DNA of 64,000 bases from Trichinella spiralis (GCF_000181795.1 NW_003526940.1:1151527-1215526); one strand, 5' to 3'; counted from the stretch's first letter, positions 1-15,778 are shown. The notes: generated by a model not told the origin, from the letters alone. A program made the numbers and translations.

Positions 1-2069
<2,069 letters not shown>

Positions 2070-2543
2070 TCTTGTTAAATTGTCATCCGAAATTTTCTCT
2101 TTCAATATAACATTTTAATCATTTAATTCACTACCATTGTTAGCTTTGTATGAATTTGTAAATTTTTAATACTTTCTTCAATAATCAACTGATCAAAACA
2201 AAATTCCTCCCCATATTTCAACTACCGTATGCTACCGTACTGTAAGCGTAATAAAGTTTGAAAGTTTCGAAAATTTTCCATTAACTAAACTTTATATTAA
2301 TTTTAAGAAAAATTTCTTTTTTTTTCAACTGATTTTAAAAGTAAAAGTCATTTGCTTCATTGTACATTGTTCATGGTTGGTCAAAAGTGTTACAAGATTT
2401 TATTGAAACAATTTTTCAAAAAGCAAAAATGACAACGTTCAGGTCAGTGAACGTGCAAAAAACGAAAAGGTAAAATAGTTTTTCAATAACAAAGCAAGCA
2501 ATAAAAAATTTTAAAAAATACAATAAACGTTGAATGGCAACGT

Positions 2544-4054
2544 CTAGGATGCGTTGTTGATTGTTGCTGAATCTTGACCGTCTGGTGAAGTCAACGTCGT
2601 GCTGAACGTGTCGGTATTTTTGTTCAAATGTTCAGCTGCCGGAAGTCGATTCAACGCGCAGTCGTCATTTGCTGTATTCAAATTGTCCGGTTTGGCATTT
2701 TTGTACGACGAAAGCCGTTGCAAACTTTCCATGTAACTCTGCAACAATAATTTTCATTAGTAGAAAAATCAGTTTCTTTTTCTCATTTATTTCGAAAAGA
2801 AAAAATCAAATCACTTGGCATATAACATCGCCGTGCATGCGTCTAGCCCGGTGAAGCAGTAAATAAGATTTCGGTTGGTAAGGTTTGGGGGTGACAGGAG
2901 GCGAGTGGACAGCCCTGGTCGGTACGACGTTGCTGTCGAATGATTGGTTCCTTTGTTGGAGACGACAATTGCGACTGAAATAATTTTTCGACGGCCTCTG
3001 TATAGTGCCTATGATGTGTCTAGAAATTGTAGCTCTAGATGGCAAATGCCACCAACCTGAAAAAGAAAAGTTAAAAAAAAATAATGAATGTCGCACAGTG
3101 AGATGAAACTGTCAGCACACCTTCCTTGTGGGTAAAGTTGGAGCCAGTCAGCAAAAACTGTACAAAACAGCCGATGATGAAAAATGACGGCCACAAAGCC
3201 AACACAAGCCAGTGATACCAGCAGAGTAGGGGTGTCGGACGGCTCTGGTCGTCGGCGGCGATGAGCGGCAACGCGCCGTGACTTTGATAAAGCATATTCA
3301 ACAACTGCGAAGCTAGATAAAGCTTCTCGACGAAATAATCCACGGCCAGGGTCAACAAGGCGCCACCGATGACGCCGGTGTCGGCGATGATCATCGGACG
3401 CTGCCATTTCAGGCTGGCCAAAGCGAAAAGCAGACCCTCTGAGAACACCACCAGTACTGTTAGCCAAACAGTGGACACCTGACTGAATGCGGACCAGACG
3501 AGCATGGTGGGAATTGAGAACAACAAGCCGGTCAAGAAGCCGGTCATGAACAAACCGACGTAGTGAACCAAAACGGTGATCAAGCCGAAAAGCAAGCCGG
3601 CTGCTATGCCGATGCTAACGTTGCCCCAAGTTGGCAACAAATTTTCCCGGTCGCATACCAAATACACCAAAACTGAGCCGAACAAAAATCCAGTCAAAAA
3701 AAATACCGCTTTGAAACAACGATATCCTTAAAAAATGAATAAATAAATAGAATTTTTACTAAAGAAGAAAAAAATTGCCTTACCAAAAACACAATAAACA
3801 ATGCCGATAAACAATGCGGCAGAGCTGACAATGGCAAATGAAATTTCGTAGTCGAATTTGAATCCCGAGCTGCAGTAGTTGAGCAAATCGTCCGGTAGTG
3901 GAGGAGATGCCGTTGTTGACAGGGTGGAATTTTCAACAAGTGTAGTAAAAGTGACGAGCAGATCATCCAAGGATGAATAATTATTATTCATTACACCTGA
4001 TGATTCATGAACAAATTCAGACGACATATTACTGCTGCTTTGCAAAATTTCCAT
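2544..4054 (-). CDS. TMEM198: Transmembrane protein 198-like (multi-pass membrane protein), multi-exon
   Basis: ALFIGIVYCVFG/YRCFK..FLTGFLFGS, GLLFGLITVLVHYVGLFMTGFLTG, LAVDYFVEK, LCWYHWLVLALWP match the TMEM198 family pattern. Start is uncertain; upstream exons are possible. Confidence 0.85.
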
Positions 4055-6010
4055 TTCTTTTTTATTTTTCACTTACAATAAACAACAATTTTCATTTCAC
4101 CAATACCATTATGCAGATGTTATAATGAAATTGGACTCTGAAATAAGATTTAAAGATTTGTCAAAAGTGAACAGTAGAAGATATAAGAGATGGAAGAGTA
4201 TAATTTTATTGAACGTCGAAAAAATGATTATTGAACAGCAATTGCCGGGTCAAAATCACGTGACGCGCTTAATTAGCCACGCTTGCATACAGTTGAAGCA
4301 TGTCAACAAAACAGTTCGCGATTGTATTTTTGCTCAACAACAAGTCGACAACGCAGTCATTGTTGACAAGCAAAAAATCTGCTACTTCAAAAAAAAAAAT
4401 TACAAGCTCCAGTGATAAACCTATTTGACTGTTTCATTATCATCTTTATTATTATTATTATTATGATCAATTTTTATATTTAAACTCAAACTGGTCGACC
4501 TTAATTTCAAGTCCCAATATCGACAGATGGAATATACAACACGCATATATACCAAATTATCAAGGTGGAATAATTTTTCGATGATCAACGACTGACGAGA
4601 AAGAGAAAGCAAAAAATCAACAACTGTACAATTTAATTATTGAAATTAGATTATTCAACAGAATGATAATTTATAAAAAAAAACTTTTCATTCAATCAAA
4701 CAATTTCACTTATTTTACTTTTATCCTTGAAGGGAAAATAAATTGATAATAGAATGAATATTTGCATTAAAAGCAAATAGAATTGTAACATTGTGAAATC
4801 GCTTTGCTTAAATAAGCTCGAAATGAACAACACACTGATCAAATGATTAATAAAATTGAATATTGATTAATAATTCCCTTCGAGTGATTATATATATATA
4901 TTGTAAATTTTTGAAAAATAAATTATAAACTTTAAAATAAAGTTGTGGAAAAAATTAATATCACCATTGGTTAATTGTTGAACAGATGCAGAAGATGTAG
5001 ATGCTGCGTATGATGTGGAGGAAAAATGGTTCACCCCGTCGAGCTTTCGATGCAACAATTGCAAAATTTGACTTTATTGAAAACGATTCTCACACAATGA
5101 ATGGAAAAGCTTTTTGATCAAGATGTGAACAAGGCAAGCAAGCAAGGTTAGAATTGATCATTTGCAAATAAAATACAATACAACACGCCAAACCGTACGA
5201 CCTTCATCGAATGCAATTGTACAAATTTCCATTGTTAAACAAATGACAAACAGCAAGCATTTCAAACAAATTGCATAAAAAAATTAAAATTAAAAAAAAT
5301 TTTATATTTGATAAGTTTTCAAGATGTTTTCAAAATAAAATTTACTATTACAGTAAAAAGTAAATACTGCTGACAATTTATTATACGGTATCGCTTTATT
5401 TTGCATTATTAGCAGATGGTTGATCAGTGTAGAAAAAGTAAAGAAGAAAAGATATTTCAACATACAAATAAATATAGAAATAAAATTAAAATTTCTACAT
5501 AAGATGATTATAAAAATTGAAATGCATATTTTAATTCTCGTCACAAATTATATAGATTAAAATGAATTACTTTTAATATAATTAAACAAAAGAAAAACGA
5601 ATGAATACACCAACCTCATTTTCCCCTCTGTGTGTGTGTGTGTGTTGGTTGATCGGTAGCAAAGAATAATAATTATTATGTTATATTAAATAAAAATAAA
5701 AAATTAAAATTAGGACAATATGACGTCGACAATAAATTAGAAAAGAAAAATGTTGAAGAAAATTGAAAATCCATTGTCAAAAGTTAACAAAATCAGAACA
5801 AACAAAAAACCATTTTTCAATAAAAAAACAAAAATAAGAATGTAAAAAATGTACTTTGTAGACGATTATGAATATGTCGAGTTTTTTTTGAGAAATTTCG
5901 ATGAAACCAACATTCACACTTTCGTGAATTTGATCAAAGAATAGGGAAGAAAAAAAAGATAGAATAAAAATTCCAATCCTGCATACAAGTATGAGTTGAT
6001 TGAAAGAAAA

Positions 6011-6042
<32 letters not shown>

Positions 6043-9000
6043 GGAAAAAAATTTTTTTTATACATACGCAAAAATGTATGGATGTTGAATTCAGCACAAC
6101 TGAGAAGAGAAATGTGCATAAGAATAAAAAGCAGAAGAACAACGTCCGTTGTCGAAAATGTTCAGGAACAGCTATGCAGTGCAGTGCAGTGCCTGGCAGC
6201 TGCTGTGCAGAGCAAATAGACGACGACGATTCAGAAGAGCATCCGGTGATGTAATCGATTCAAAGCAAAAGCCACTCACTGTTCCTGACTATGGATCTAC
6301 CTACGCCTGCCATCGTATCCAAGTGTTGAATTAATTCTTTCATCCACCTTCACCCTCATTCACTTATTCATTCATCAGGTGAAACTATATATATACATAT
6401 ATATTATTGAAATGCAATATTCAATCGATTAATAAATAGAAAAAAATGGATTTTTCTATTAATTGTGAATAATAATAATAATAATAATTAATTAAAAAAA
6501 AATAAACAAACAAAAACAAAAGACAATTTTCCAAAATGAACGTCGTTCGTTGTGTTGCTTTGAAATTTGAAATGAAATGCTTTTCCCCAATCAAAGCAGC
6601 TGCTGCTTGACAAAGAAATGCCATGCCTGCCACACGAAAAGACAGTTGTTTCTCAACTTTGGAAATTGGAATTCTTTTTCAAATAAAACTTCCTCCCTCA
6701 GACAACACTTTTGAAATGAAAAATATTTCTCATAAAATTTCTATATATAGAGAGAGAAAGAGAGAAACCAAATTTTTTTGTTTCAAAATTATAATTCCAA
6801 TTTCAACTCAGAGCACAAAGCAATAATGGATAGAAATGAAAATTGAATACAACAGCTTCATCTAATCTGCAATCGATGTTTGTCTACATCAAAATATTAC
6901 AAATGTATACGAAAATTAATAATAAAGAAATGCATTAAAATGAAAGATTTCAAATTATCAATATATTCTTCTTCATCATGATCGATTAATGGATAAATTT
7001 GGGAAAAATATTGAATTAATAATTCAATTAGTTGATAAATTTGAAAACTACTCACCAGAGAATAGAATCGAATAGATCATGTAGATGGTTGTTGTAGATT
7101 TTTCATGTGAAATCCAAATATATAATGGCTTATTGGCAAATTGTTCGTTCGCTTTACCAGAGTAGCAAGAGAAACAAGAAAATTCTTGTCAAATATACTG
7201 ATCAATAAACAATAATAATAATAATTGTTCAAAGTTGGAAAACAGCTTTGAAAAGCTTAATAATCTCAGTTCAATCCCGCAACTGGACGAACGACAGATT
7301 GAACTTCCTCAGAGAAGAGAAGAAAAAAAAACCAAAAGCAAATCACCATCGCCAAGGAGATTAAAGCTCGCATATTTCAATTTCGTGCCAGGCGGTGAAT
7401 TGTGCCCATCAGGAAGAAGCTCGTTTGAAAAATGGAACCACGTTGAAAGTGAGTTCAAAAGCGGCCGACGGTCAGCTGTGGTCAACGTTGAAGAGCGGCA
7501 GTTAATTCAAAATGGATGGGATCCACGCCAACGCTTCCAGCACAAAGTCGGATTCCGCATAGTATAATCAACAACAACAACAACACCACCACCAATAACG
7601 GCAGCTGGCCGTTCGTTGGACGGCTTGTTGATTGTGAAAAATTGACCACCGTCCATCCGACGGTGCAACGATTGGTCAGGTCAAAGCCGCGACACTACAA
7701 CAACCATGCACACAAATCGATCGAACGATTTGCAAATCGTATGCTTTTTTTTCCTCCTCTTCCTCTTTGTTTAATTTATTCACCTTGCATATGCAAATTT
7801 AAATTAATATTTTCAAAGAAATACCAAAGAAAAGCCAAACATGAACAAGAACAACATTACAAACGTTACACGTTAACCTATTATTGACTAACAAACATTA
7901 CACACGCAGACGCAGATAGAAATACACATAATTTCGATAAATTGGAAAAGCTGTTTATTCAGCTATTTGATTTTGTTTATTTTACAGTCGGAAAGGAAAT
8001 AATAATATTTTCACCACCGCAAATGGGACAACTCCAGCCTGCGGGATGTGGAATGAAACGAAAAATTGTCGCTTGTTCACTTCAATTTCACAATAGAACA
8101 TTCACAGCTTCTTCAGCACAAATTCTTTTTAAACCAAAAAGCAAAACGTGGAAAAACGGGAATATTTATTCATTTAAAGAAAAAATGAAAAAAAATATAT
8201 TTCCAAACACAAGACATGATCGTGTAAATTTGTCCTAATTTAGCTTTTTCACTTTACAAATTAACAATCATTGTGTGTGTATGTGTGTGTTTGCGCGATA
8301 AATGTGCTCTTAGAAAATAGAAAAATTAACATTTTAAATTATTGAAATATTCACGCTACACGTCACTGAGAACAGCTAATTTTTTCTCTCATTTTTTTAG
8401 ATTCAAAAAACACTGACTTCTCCGTAGATTAATATTTCTTTTCTTTTTCAACTTGCAATTTATAATACAAAAAATTATCGTATGCACATAAAGAAAATCA
8501 GGTTGTTTTGAACGATTAATTGCTGTTATCATATGTGCCCCATACTGATTCGTATCGAGATTAACCGCATTTGAATGATATTGAAAGATTTGTTGTACAA
8601 TTACTTTAAACCTGCACAGTGTAAATACAGCTTATTGACAAAACAGCAAGACAAATATGTGCAATTCAAACAGATTGCGTGTCATTTGAAGGTGTTCTCA
8701 TTCAACAATTTGATCATGCTTTTCAAAATCAAAATCTTTGTTTTTAGTGCTATACTTTGATGACTAATGCGTTTGCCGCAATACTTTACGATTTGTGCTC
8801 GCAAGCCAAGGCAAAGGCTTTTCATTTCACCAGCTAATATTGTTCAACAGTGCATTTGATGTTTTTCTACAGGCCAAAACCTTTTCAAACGTTGACAATT
8901 TTTTAAATATTTTAATAAAATTAAAAAAATTCAATCAGCATCAAAAAAGAATCATTTATTATTGAACATATAACATATTGTGAGGTTTCAGTTTTTGCAT

Positions 9001-9141
9001 GATGAAGCCACTCACACAGACAGAGAAGCGTTTCACTAATGCAAACACAACAAACATGAACAGCTAATTCGCGAGCTCGATTTGCTCGTTAATATTGGTC
9101 GACTTGCATCACAGCAACGAACAAATTCTACGTACAACAAA

Positions 9142-10700
9142 TTAACACAGCGGCCAAAAATATGGAATAATGACATATGAAAAGCATTGATTTTGTTGAG
9201 CTAATGCTCCCAGTTCAACAATGGTACAAAAACAGCACGTAAGGTATGAAAATGCAATAAATTCGATAACGGATAAGATATGAATCTGCACCCTTGCAAG
9301 AATAACTGATACAGAAATTTCTTCTGAGACAAAGGTGCTGTCGCGAAGCAGCTCAAAGAGCATGCCGCGTTCTCTAGCGAACTACGTATACTCAAGTGCT
9401 TATGCTGATTAGCATTAACTTTTCAAATAATACCGAGTTTAGAGAAAACTTGAAAGTGCTCATACAAAGCTGACTGTACTAATTCAATGACAATTTAATG
9501 ACAGCAGTTTGCAAATCTTGGAGGTTTCTTAGATCAGACTGACATTTTGATTTCGATTTACTGTTTCGAATTCCTTAGGCTGGGAAGTTTTCCGGATTCT
9601 TTTCATTCTAAATACCGTAGTAACATGGATGTTGGTGTAGTAGATTATACTGGACATCCATAAGTCTGAAATTCTTATTCCATCCTAAAGCAAGATAAAT
9701 ATTAATTATTAAGCAAAAAACATGCGTCTTCACTTGTTTTCACCTGCTTGTTTTAACGTAAATACTGTATCTGCATAATATGAACAAGAAGTTGTGCAGT
9801 ACCAAAATAATAACCAAGTACAACTGAGAAATAGCTGTAATTGTAGACGAAAAACACAGAAATGAAAAATATCGCCAGTATTCTGATCTTTGCCGCCAAC
9901 GTTCATTTGCTTCCATCTATTTCATTAAAAATGGTGCAGTTGAAATTATAGCTGCATATGAAACCAAATGCCTGACAAAAGCAAGTCATGCTCCAGAACA
10001 GAACATACTTCTAAAACTGTCATCTCATTTGTAATGCGGAAGACTGGTGCATAAAAGTAAGGCATTTCCAAGACCAACAAATGGCACGTTCTTTCCAGAC
10101 CTCGGAAGGAACAAATATTTAATTCTGAATCATCTTCTTTATGTACTTCAATTAAAGTACCCACCACTTCTTGACTTGCATTAACAGTATTATCGTAATT
10201 TATGGTGGATCTTGTTTCTAAGCCTGCATCTAAATCGTCACTTAGAGCCTTCACTGAATGAGTAGACAGAATTCCTTGAATTTCACAAAATGATGAATCT
10301 TCACTTGAGAAGCAATAACGAAATCATCTATTACATGAGTTTAGCGTAACGTATCCAAAACTTTTGCCATGGATGCCAATGAGACCGTTACTGGAGACGA
10401 TGCCAAATAAGTTAACCTTTCCATTAGTTTTTCACAGGACTTTTCGAAATAATTTCCATTAGTATCAAGTGTGATGAGTTTTCTTCGCTCATCAATTTTT
10501 CAGAAGTTCTCATTGTAGAAATGATTCACGTTTCCAACTTCATTTTTCAGTGCCTCCGTTACTGTATTGTATAACGACTCATTTTCTTTCGTTTTCTTTT
10601 CTCTTTTCTCGGCTAGTGAAAATAGAAAGTTTTCCATCATCATCTTCATTATCGGGAGCAAAACGTGCAGTTCATTCCTTAATCAGAAGTTTTTCAGCAT
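9142..10700 (-). pseudogene. Possible decayed coding/transposon-derived remnant, unidentified
   Basis: About 1.5 kb lacking the homopolymer-rich texture of the flanks, with broken minus-strand ORFs (9946-10254, 9142-9363). No recognisable motif. Confidence 0.25.
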
Positions 10701-11044
10701 ATTATCGAATCGAACTGCAGCATATCAGAAAACTGACTAGAATGCACAAGACGTACGCGTGTAACTAATACTAACGGAAATACAGTATTCTCAAAAATCT
10801 GGTATTAACTGATTTGATATTTTAATTACTGAGAATTTATATAAATTTTGTGATAATTTAATTATTAAAAATTTCACTATTATTTTTAAAAAGTGTTATA
10901 TATTGTATTATTTTAACAAATTTCATTTCTTATAAATTTAAAATAATATATTTTAACAATATCTAATATCAAATGTTAACAAATTTTAATATTATTTCAG
11001 CTTTATATTTACTATTGGGAATAGCTTACCTTGTTCAATCTAAC

Positions 11045-11308
11045 TGTTGAGTTTCGCTAACGGAGTTACTGGCTCTTCTCAGGCTTAGGAGCGCTAGCGA
11101 CAATTCGGGAACAACGGCACAGGGAAACAAAGCTTTATTCGGAATAATCGCACAAACCAATTACATGTCAACACAATACACACAAGACCAGGTTTTTACA
11201 CGCGTTCGCACTCGCCTCCGCACATGACTATTACGCATCACCACCGCCAATCGCCAGTTACGGTAGCGGATGCGGATGGTCAGGCTCAAACGAAGGCAGT
11301 TCTCAACA
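11045..11308 (-). mobile_element. Solo LTR of an LTR retrotransposon (264 bp)
   Basis: Starts TGTTGAG and ends CTCAACA (TG..CA, 7-bp terminal inverted repeat). GC-richer than the flanks. AATAAA on the minus strand (ctttatt near 11133). Flanks TAAC/TACC resemble a 4-bp TSD with one mismatch. Confidence 0.7.
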
Positions 11309-12656
11309 TACCTATTTACGTAATTGCACTTGTCAAATTTTGAGATGTTTTATAAATGATTGGTGGAGGCCTGGCTTTTTGAAATTTCGGACAAGAAAAC
11401 ACCGAAAAACAAGCAAAATTGAGTTAATGTTGCCATAGTAGTAGTTCATAGAGAACGGATGCTGTGCACGAGGCAAGTTAGTTTTCACCGTTCGTTGTTG
11501 TCATGATGATGGTAGAAGTGAAGTCGAGTTGTATGTGCATGCGTTTACCTGAGAAAATAAGTGCTGTTTTTCTTCAATGTGACTCGTCGCAGTTACTATT
11601 CATCGTGTGCGGATGTAAGTAAAGTTGTTGTTGTTGGAATCGTAGTCAACTCTAGCCGACCCGAGAATTGAAATCATCGTGACACATTCCATTCACTCTG
11701 TCGACATTTACTAGCTCCAGGCTGACAGAATAGGATTGCAAGGTTAATCCAAAAAATTTTTTGATTGACGCTCAAATCGACAAAGTTCATCTTTCAAAAT
11801 TATCATAAGCTTCTGTTGTTTACATATACCCCATCACATAAAGTACTTTTTTTAGGTAAAAGGCAACATTATCGATAATTCTTTTTTCAACTTTACCATA
11901 TACGTGTGATTTTCCATTGTAACATTTTTTATAAAAATATTTTACTGCTACATTTTTTACTGTTATTTACACATTTATCTTAAATTAAACAATATTTCAA
12001 TGAAAGTTGAATTTTTGTAATAAAAAGGTATACTTTACTTAAATTTTACCTGAATATCTTTTAACTTATACACTTTTGTAGTCCTTTAGTTAACAATCAA
12101 AAATTACTTACTGACAAATGTAGATCAAAAATTATTTTAAAAACTAAGTATGTTTTATTATTATTTTTTTGTTTTCATTGAATATTTTATGTTTTTAATG
12201 ATTTTTCCTTTGAAATGATTATCTTTTAGTTTTGCGAACAATCTTTATGATACATGTAATTTTTGAAATGATATATTTGTAAAAAAATGGCGAAATAATA
12301 AAAGTGTTTTATTTGCAGAATGATTTGCAACTGTATTGCAAAAAGGTGTACTTGCATTTCATGTTCTACTCACGGTTTCAAGATATCATGTGACCGTGGA
12401 AAAACTGTTTGCCAACTAACTGCAAAAGTTGGACAAACAGATAGTTTACATTAAAAAAAGCGCTTTCAAAATTCAGTTGCATTTCAATAATTGTTCATTC
12501 CCACATTTCATTTTGTATTTTTATTTTATTGCTGCAGAAAAATATTCAAGTATTGTTTTTGAAACTGATATGTTGTTGAGTTTGAATTTTCACAGTATAT
12601 TGTTGATATAGAAATTAAAATTTGTGCTTTCTGGTTTAATTTTTAAGCAGACAGCA

Positions 12657-14579
12657 ATGATCGAAGGACGTGTTGTCCAGTACGGCAGTGCAGGCGACGG
12701 TTCGCCGAGTGAAAGCCCCAGGGAGATTGCCGTGATGGCCGATTTGGACAGTCTGCTTATCAGTCAAACGGTTGCTGTGGATCCTTGGCACTCGTTGTCG
12801 GCAATAGAAGACGACTGCTTGATGCTGGTCGAGTTCAGCGAAGTGGAAGGTCCACGTCCGGCGTTTTCCGTACCGCCCAGTCCGGGGGTTCATTTCGACC
12901 AGGATGCGTTCGCGGTGTGGCTCATGACGGCCGACTACCAACGGTCCGGCTCCAACTGGGCCGGTGGTCGCCGGAGCCGGGGTGGTGTGGACAGCGACGC
13001 GTTCAGGGCCAAAGACACGCAGATGTTGTTGCGCAACGACGAGCAGGGCGTGTTCGCGTTCGTCCACCACTTCACGCTGTACGAGCTCGAAGCCCGGGGT
13101 TTCGTCAGGCCGTTCTGTTTGGCCTACGTGTGCCGGGACCAGCGCAAGTTGGTCTGTCTGTTCGACCAGTTGAGAGCCGACTTTGAGGAAAAGCTGATCG
13201 AGCCGGTCAAAGCTTGCAACAAGCGTCAGTTTTTGAAACAGCTCACCGAAGCGTTGGACGCGTTGAATACGATCCAAAGTCAGGCGGTGAGCGCCTATTA
13301 CGAACTCTGCTACGACTCGGACCGTGGGCCCAAGCCGGCCCAAAGCGACCAGTCGGTGCCGGCGCCGAAAATGATGCGCCACCGACGCTTGCACAGTGAA
13401 ATGCTGGCCGCCAGTAGGCTGGTTTCGGCCGAGCTCAGGGGCTGCGGTTCGGCCTGCTCGAATGTCCACCATTTGGTCGACGCGGACGCGTTCATCAACT
13501 CTCTGGACACTTCCGACCGTGGCGACTTGGGCGTGGCGGCGGCTGGTCAGAGCGGACGGCGCGACTGGACCACTTTGGCCCCGTGCGTGTTCGCCAACTC
13601 GACTGCCCGGCTCGTCTGCCGTCGTCTGTTGTCCAAATATTACAGCTGGTCGCCGTCGCTGCCGTTCCACTTGATGACTCATCTGGCCCAGTCGAGTGGG
13701 GTGCGTCTCGGCTCGGTGCCAGTGGTCTACTATCCCCACTGCGCCGGCCCCAGCGGCCGGCACGCCCATCCCGAGACCACGCTCAACGGTTCCAACGCTG
13801 AGTCGTTCCACCGGCTCCGGACCGACTGGTCGTGTTCCGAGCCGAAACTGACCAGATCGTTAGTCGCCGACTTGGGATCTAGCTTGGAACACGTCCTGTA
13901 CTCGCTGTTGACCGGCAAATTTGTGCTCGTCAGTGGCGCCGACCCGCTCCAAGCGAGCGTGCTCGGCTGGATCGACGCGTTGAAGCACTTCGTGCCGACG
14001 GTCTACAGCTCGCCGCCGGTCAAGCACTGGCACCAGGGTCGGCTGCCGGCGACCGCGTTGGTCGACTACAAGCTGTTCGGTCTGCGCGTGCCGAAGTCGC
14101 AGCCGGTTGACCAGCTGATCGCCGACAACGTGGTACCGTTCATTTCGCGCGTGGATTTGAATCGGCGCCAGCTGACCACGCACCGCTACCGCGGCCAGTT
14201 CCTGGGCCGCCTGGTCAGCCGGGCCCGCTTCCACGGCCGGTCGGACCGCACGTTCGTGCCGTACGCTGTGGGCGCCTTGGCCCAGCCGTTCGCTTTGGCC
14301 TACGTGTTGACGGCTTTTCTACGGGACCGCGCCCAAGCTGGCGACAAGCAGTGCCGGCTGAGGCATTTTTCGCGCGACTTCCAGTTGGAGATGAGCGATT
14401 TGAAAATTGTCCACTACATTGCCGACTTGCTCTGCTCGCAGACGGTCGACTGGAACTTGGCCGCCAACGCCCGTGGCCACGACCACGACAATGACGACTC
14501 GAGCGATTCTGGCAGTTTCAACGCCTTGCAGGCGTTGGTCTTCGACTACGAAGAACTGTACAATTACAAACTGCAGTAG
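12657..14579 (+). CDS. SMCR8: SMCR8 homolog (longin/DENN-like C9orf72 partner), single coding exon, 640 aa
   Basis: LVEFSEVEGPRP and AFVHHFTLYELEARGFVRPFCLAYV match the SMCR8 N-terminal signature; LEHVLYSLLTGK region downstream. ATG is preceded by a TTTTTAAGCAG acceptor-like site. Confidence 0.9.
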   Translation: MIEGRVVQYGSAGDGSPSESPREIAVMADLDSLLISQTVAVDPWHSLSAIEDDCLMLVEFSEVEGPRPAFSVPPSPGVHFDQDAFAVWLMTADYQRSGSNWAGGRRSRGGVDSDAFRAKDTQMLLRNDEQGVFAFVHHFTLYELEARGFVRPFCLAYVCRDQRKLVCLFDQLRADFEEKLIEPVKACNKRQFLKQLTEALDALNTIQSQAVSAYYELCYDSDRGPKPAQSDQSVPAPKMMRHRRLHSEMLAASRLVSAELRGCGSACSNVHHLVDADAFINSLDTSDRGDLGVAAAGQSGRRDWTTLAPCVFANSTARLVCRRLLSKYYSWSPSLPFHLMTHLAQSSGVRLGSVPVVYYPHCAGPSGRHAHPETTLNGSNAESFHRLRTDWSCSEPKLTRSLVADLGSSLEHVLYSLLTGKFVLVSGADPLQASVLGWIDALKHFVPTVYSSPPVKHWHQGRLPATALVDYKLFGLRVPKSQPVDQLIADNVVPFISRVDLNRRQLTTHRYRGQFLGRLVSRARFHGRSDRTFVPYAVGALAQPFALAYVLTAFLRDRAQAGDKQCRLRHFSRDFQLEMSDLKIVHYIADLLCSQTVDWNLAANARGHDHDNDDSSDSGSFNALQALVFDYEELYNYKLQ

Positions 14580-14679
14580 AGAAAAAAATTTTGTTTAAAT
14601 ATTTCAATTTATTATTATTATTAAACTGTGTAAAACAAGTTGAACAATGATGGAAAAAGCCGAGAACAACGGTGGCGTT

Positions 14680-15778
14680 TCAATCGACGAATGTCTTGGC
14701 AGTGATGTTGGAAAATCGAATCAGATCCACGTCGACCGTGTAATGTGGACATCGGTGGTGACGATAGGTGGCAGGAAGTTGAAATCGGACCTCGGCCAAC
14801 GCGTCGGCGACAATTCCCCAATCTTTTGCCTTCTTCATGATGTGCTATAGAATCAGAAGAAACAAACTGAAAACATCTATCTCATCAATCACACGTACTA
14901 CTACTACTACTTTAAAACGCATTCCACTACCAAATGACTCATCATTCATTCCATTGATTTATAAAATAATAATAATAACCTCGCGTGTCACTGTTTTGTG
15001 CATCGAATAAACGGATGTTTTTGCCATATTGATGGCACATTTTACAAATTCCACATCCACACCTGAAAAAGTAAGTGTTCGTGTTCTAATAATAAAATTG
15101 TTGTCATATACATATATCAGAAAACCTGAGTTTCGTTTCGTTCCAAACGGAGGATTCATAATCACCGTATCGAATGCTTTGGAAAAATAATAATTGTTTT
15201 GTTGCTTTTTGAACAACGCAGTGCAGTCGCATTGGACGAAATCTGCATATTCGGTTAATTGTAACGAATTGACGTTTCTCTTGCAAAGTTGTAATGCGTC
15301 GAAATCAACATCAAATCCTACGCAATAACTGGCAAAAAGACAACAACAATAAATGAATGAATGAATGAATGAATACTGTTGTATAAAGATGAGAAATTAA
15401 TTAATTAATTAATTAAAAAATATCCATTTACTCTGCTCCTTGTAACAAAGCTGCAATCATCAGCATCCCGGATCCGCAACCTAAGTCAGCGACAACTTTC
15501 CCTTGCAAATCGTTGAAATGATTATCAATCGTATAAATCATCGTAGCTGCAATTATAAAAACAAATTATAATTTTCCACATGTATATTTTTTTGAATAGT
15601 ACAGTTCAATTCGCTTTATTGACAACATTTCTTGTACTGTAGATTGTGAAGTATCAAAAGTAAGGAAAAGATTACCCGCCACTTCAGCTGTTGTCATGTA
15701 TTGTTCGAGTAGAACTTTGGGATTGTGAAACGATTCCACGTTGGTCAAAACTGATTCCAACTGTTTTCTCTTCATCAT
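14680..15778 (-). CDS. METTL5: 18S rRNA m6A methyltransferase METTL5, multi-exon
   Basis: FHNPKVLLEQYMT, VADLGCGSGML (motif I), DTVIMNPPFGTK (motif IV), VYSMHKTVTRE, last exon AEVRFQLPATYRHH..VDVDLIRF ending in TGA at 14680-14682. Confidence 0.93.

Noticed and set aside
12636..14234. Long antisense and alternate-frame ORFs (up to 391 aa) over SMCR8
   Set aside because: Expected shadow of a GC-rich CDS with few stop triplets; no recognisable motifs.
12657..14579. SMCR8 as a bacterial horizontal transfer because of high GC and no introns
   Set aside because: The protein is a eukaryote-specific DENN-like family member, and other clearly native exons here are similarly GC-rich.
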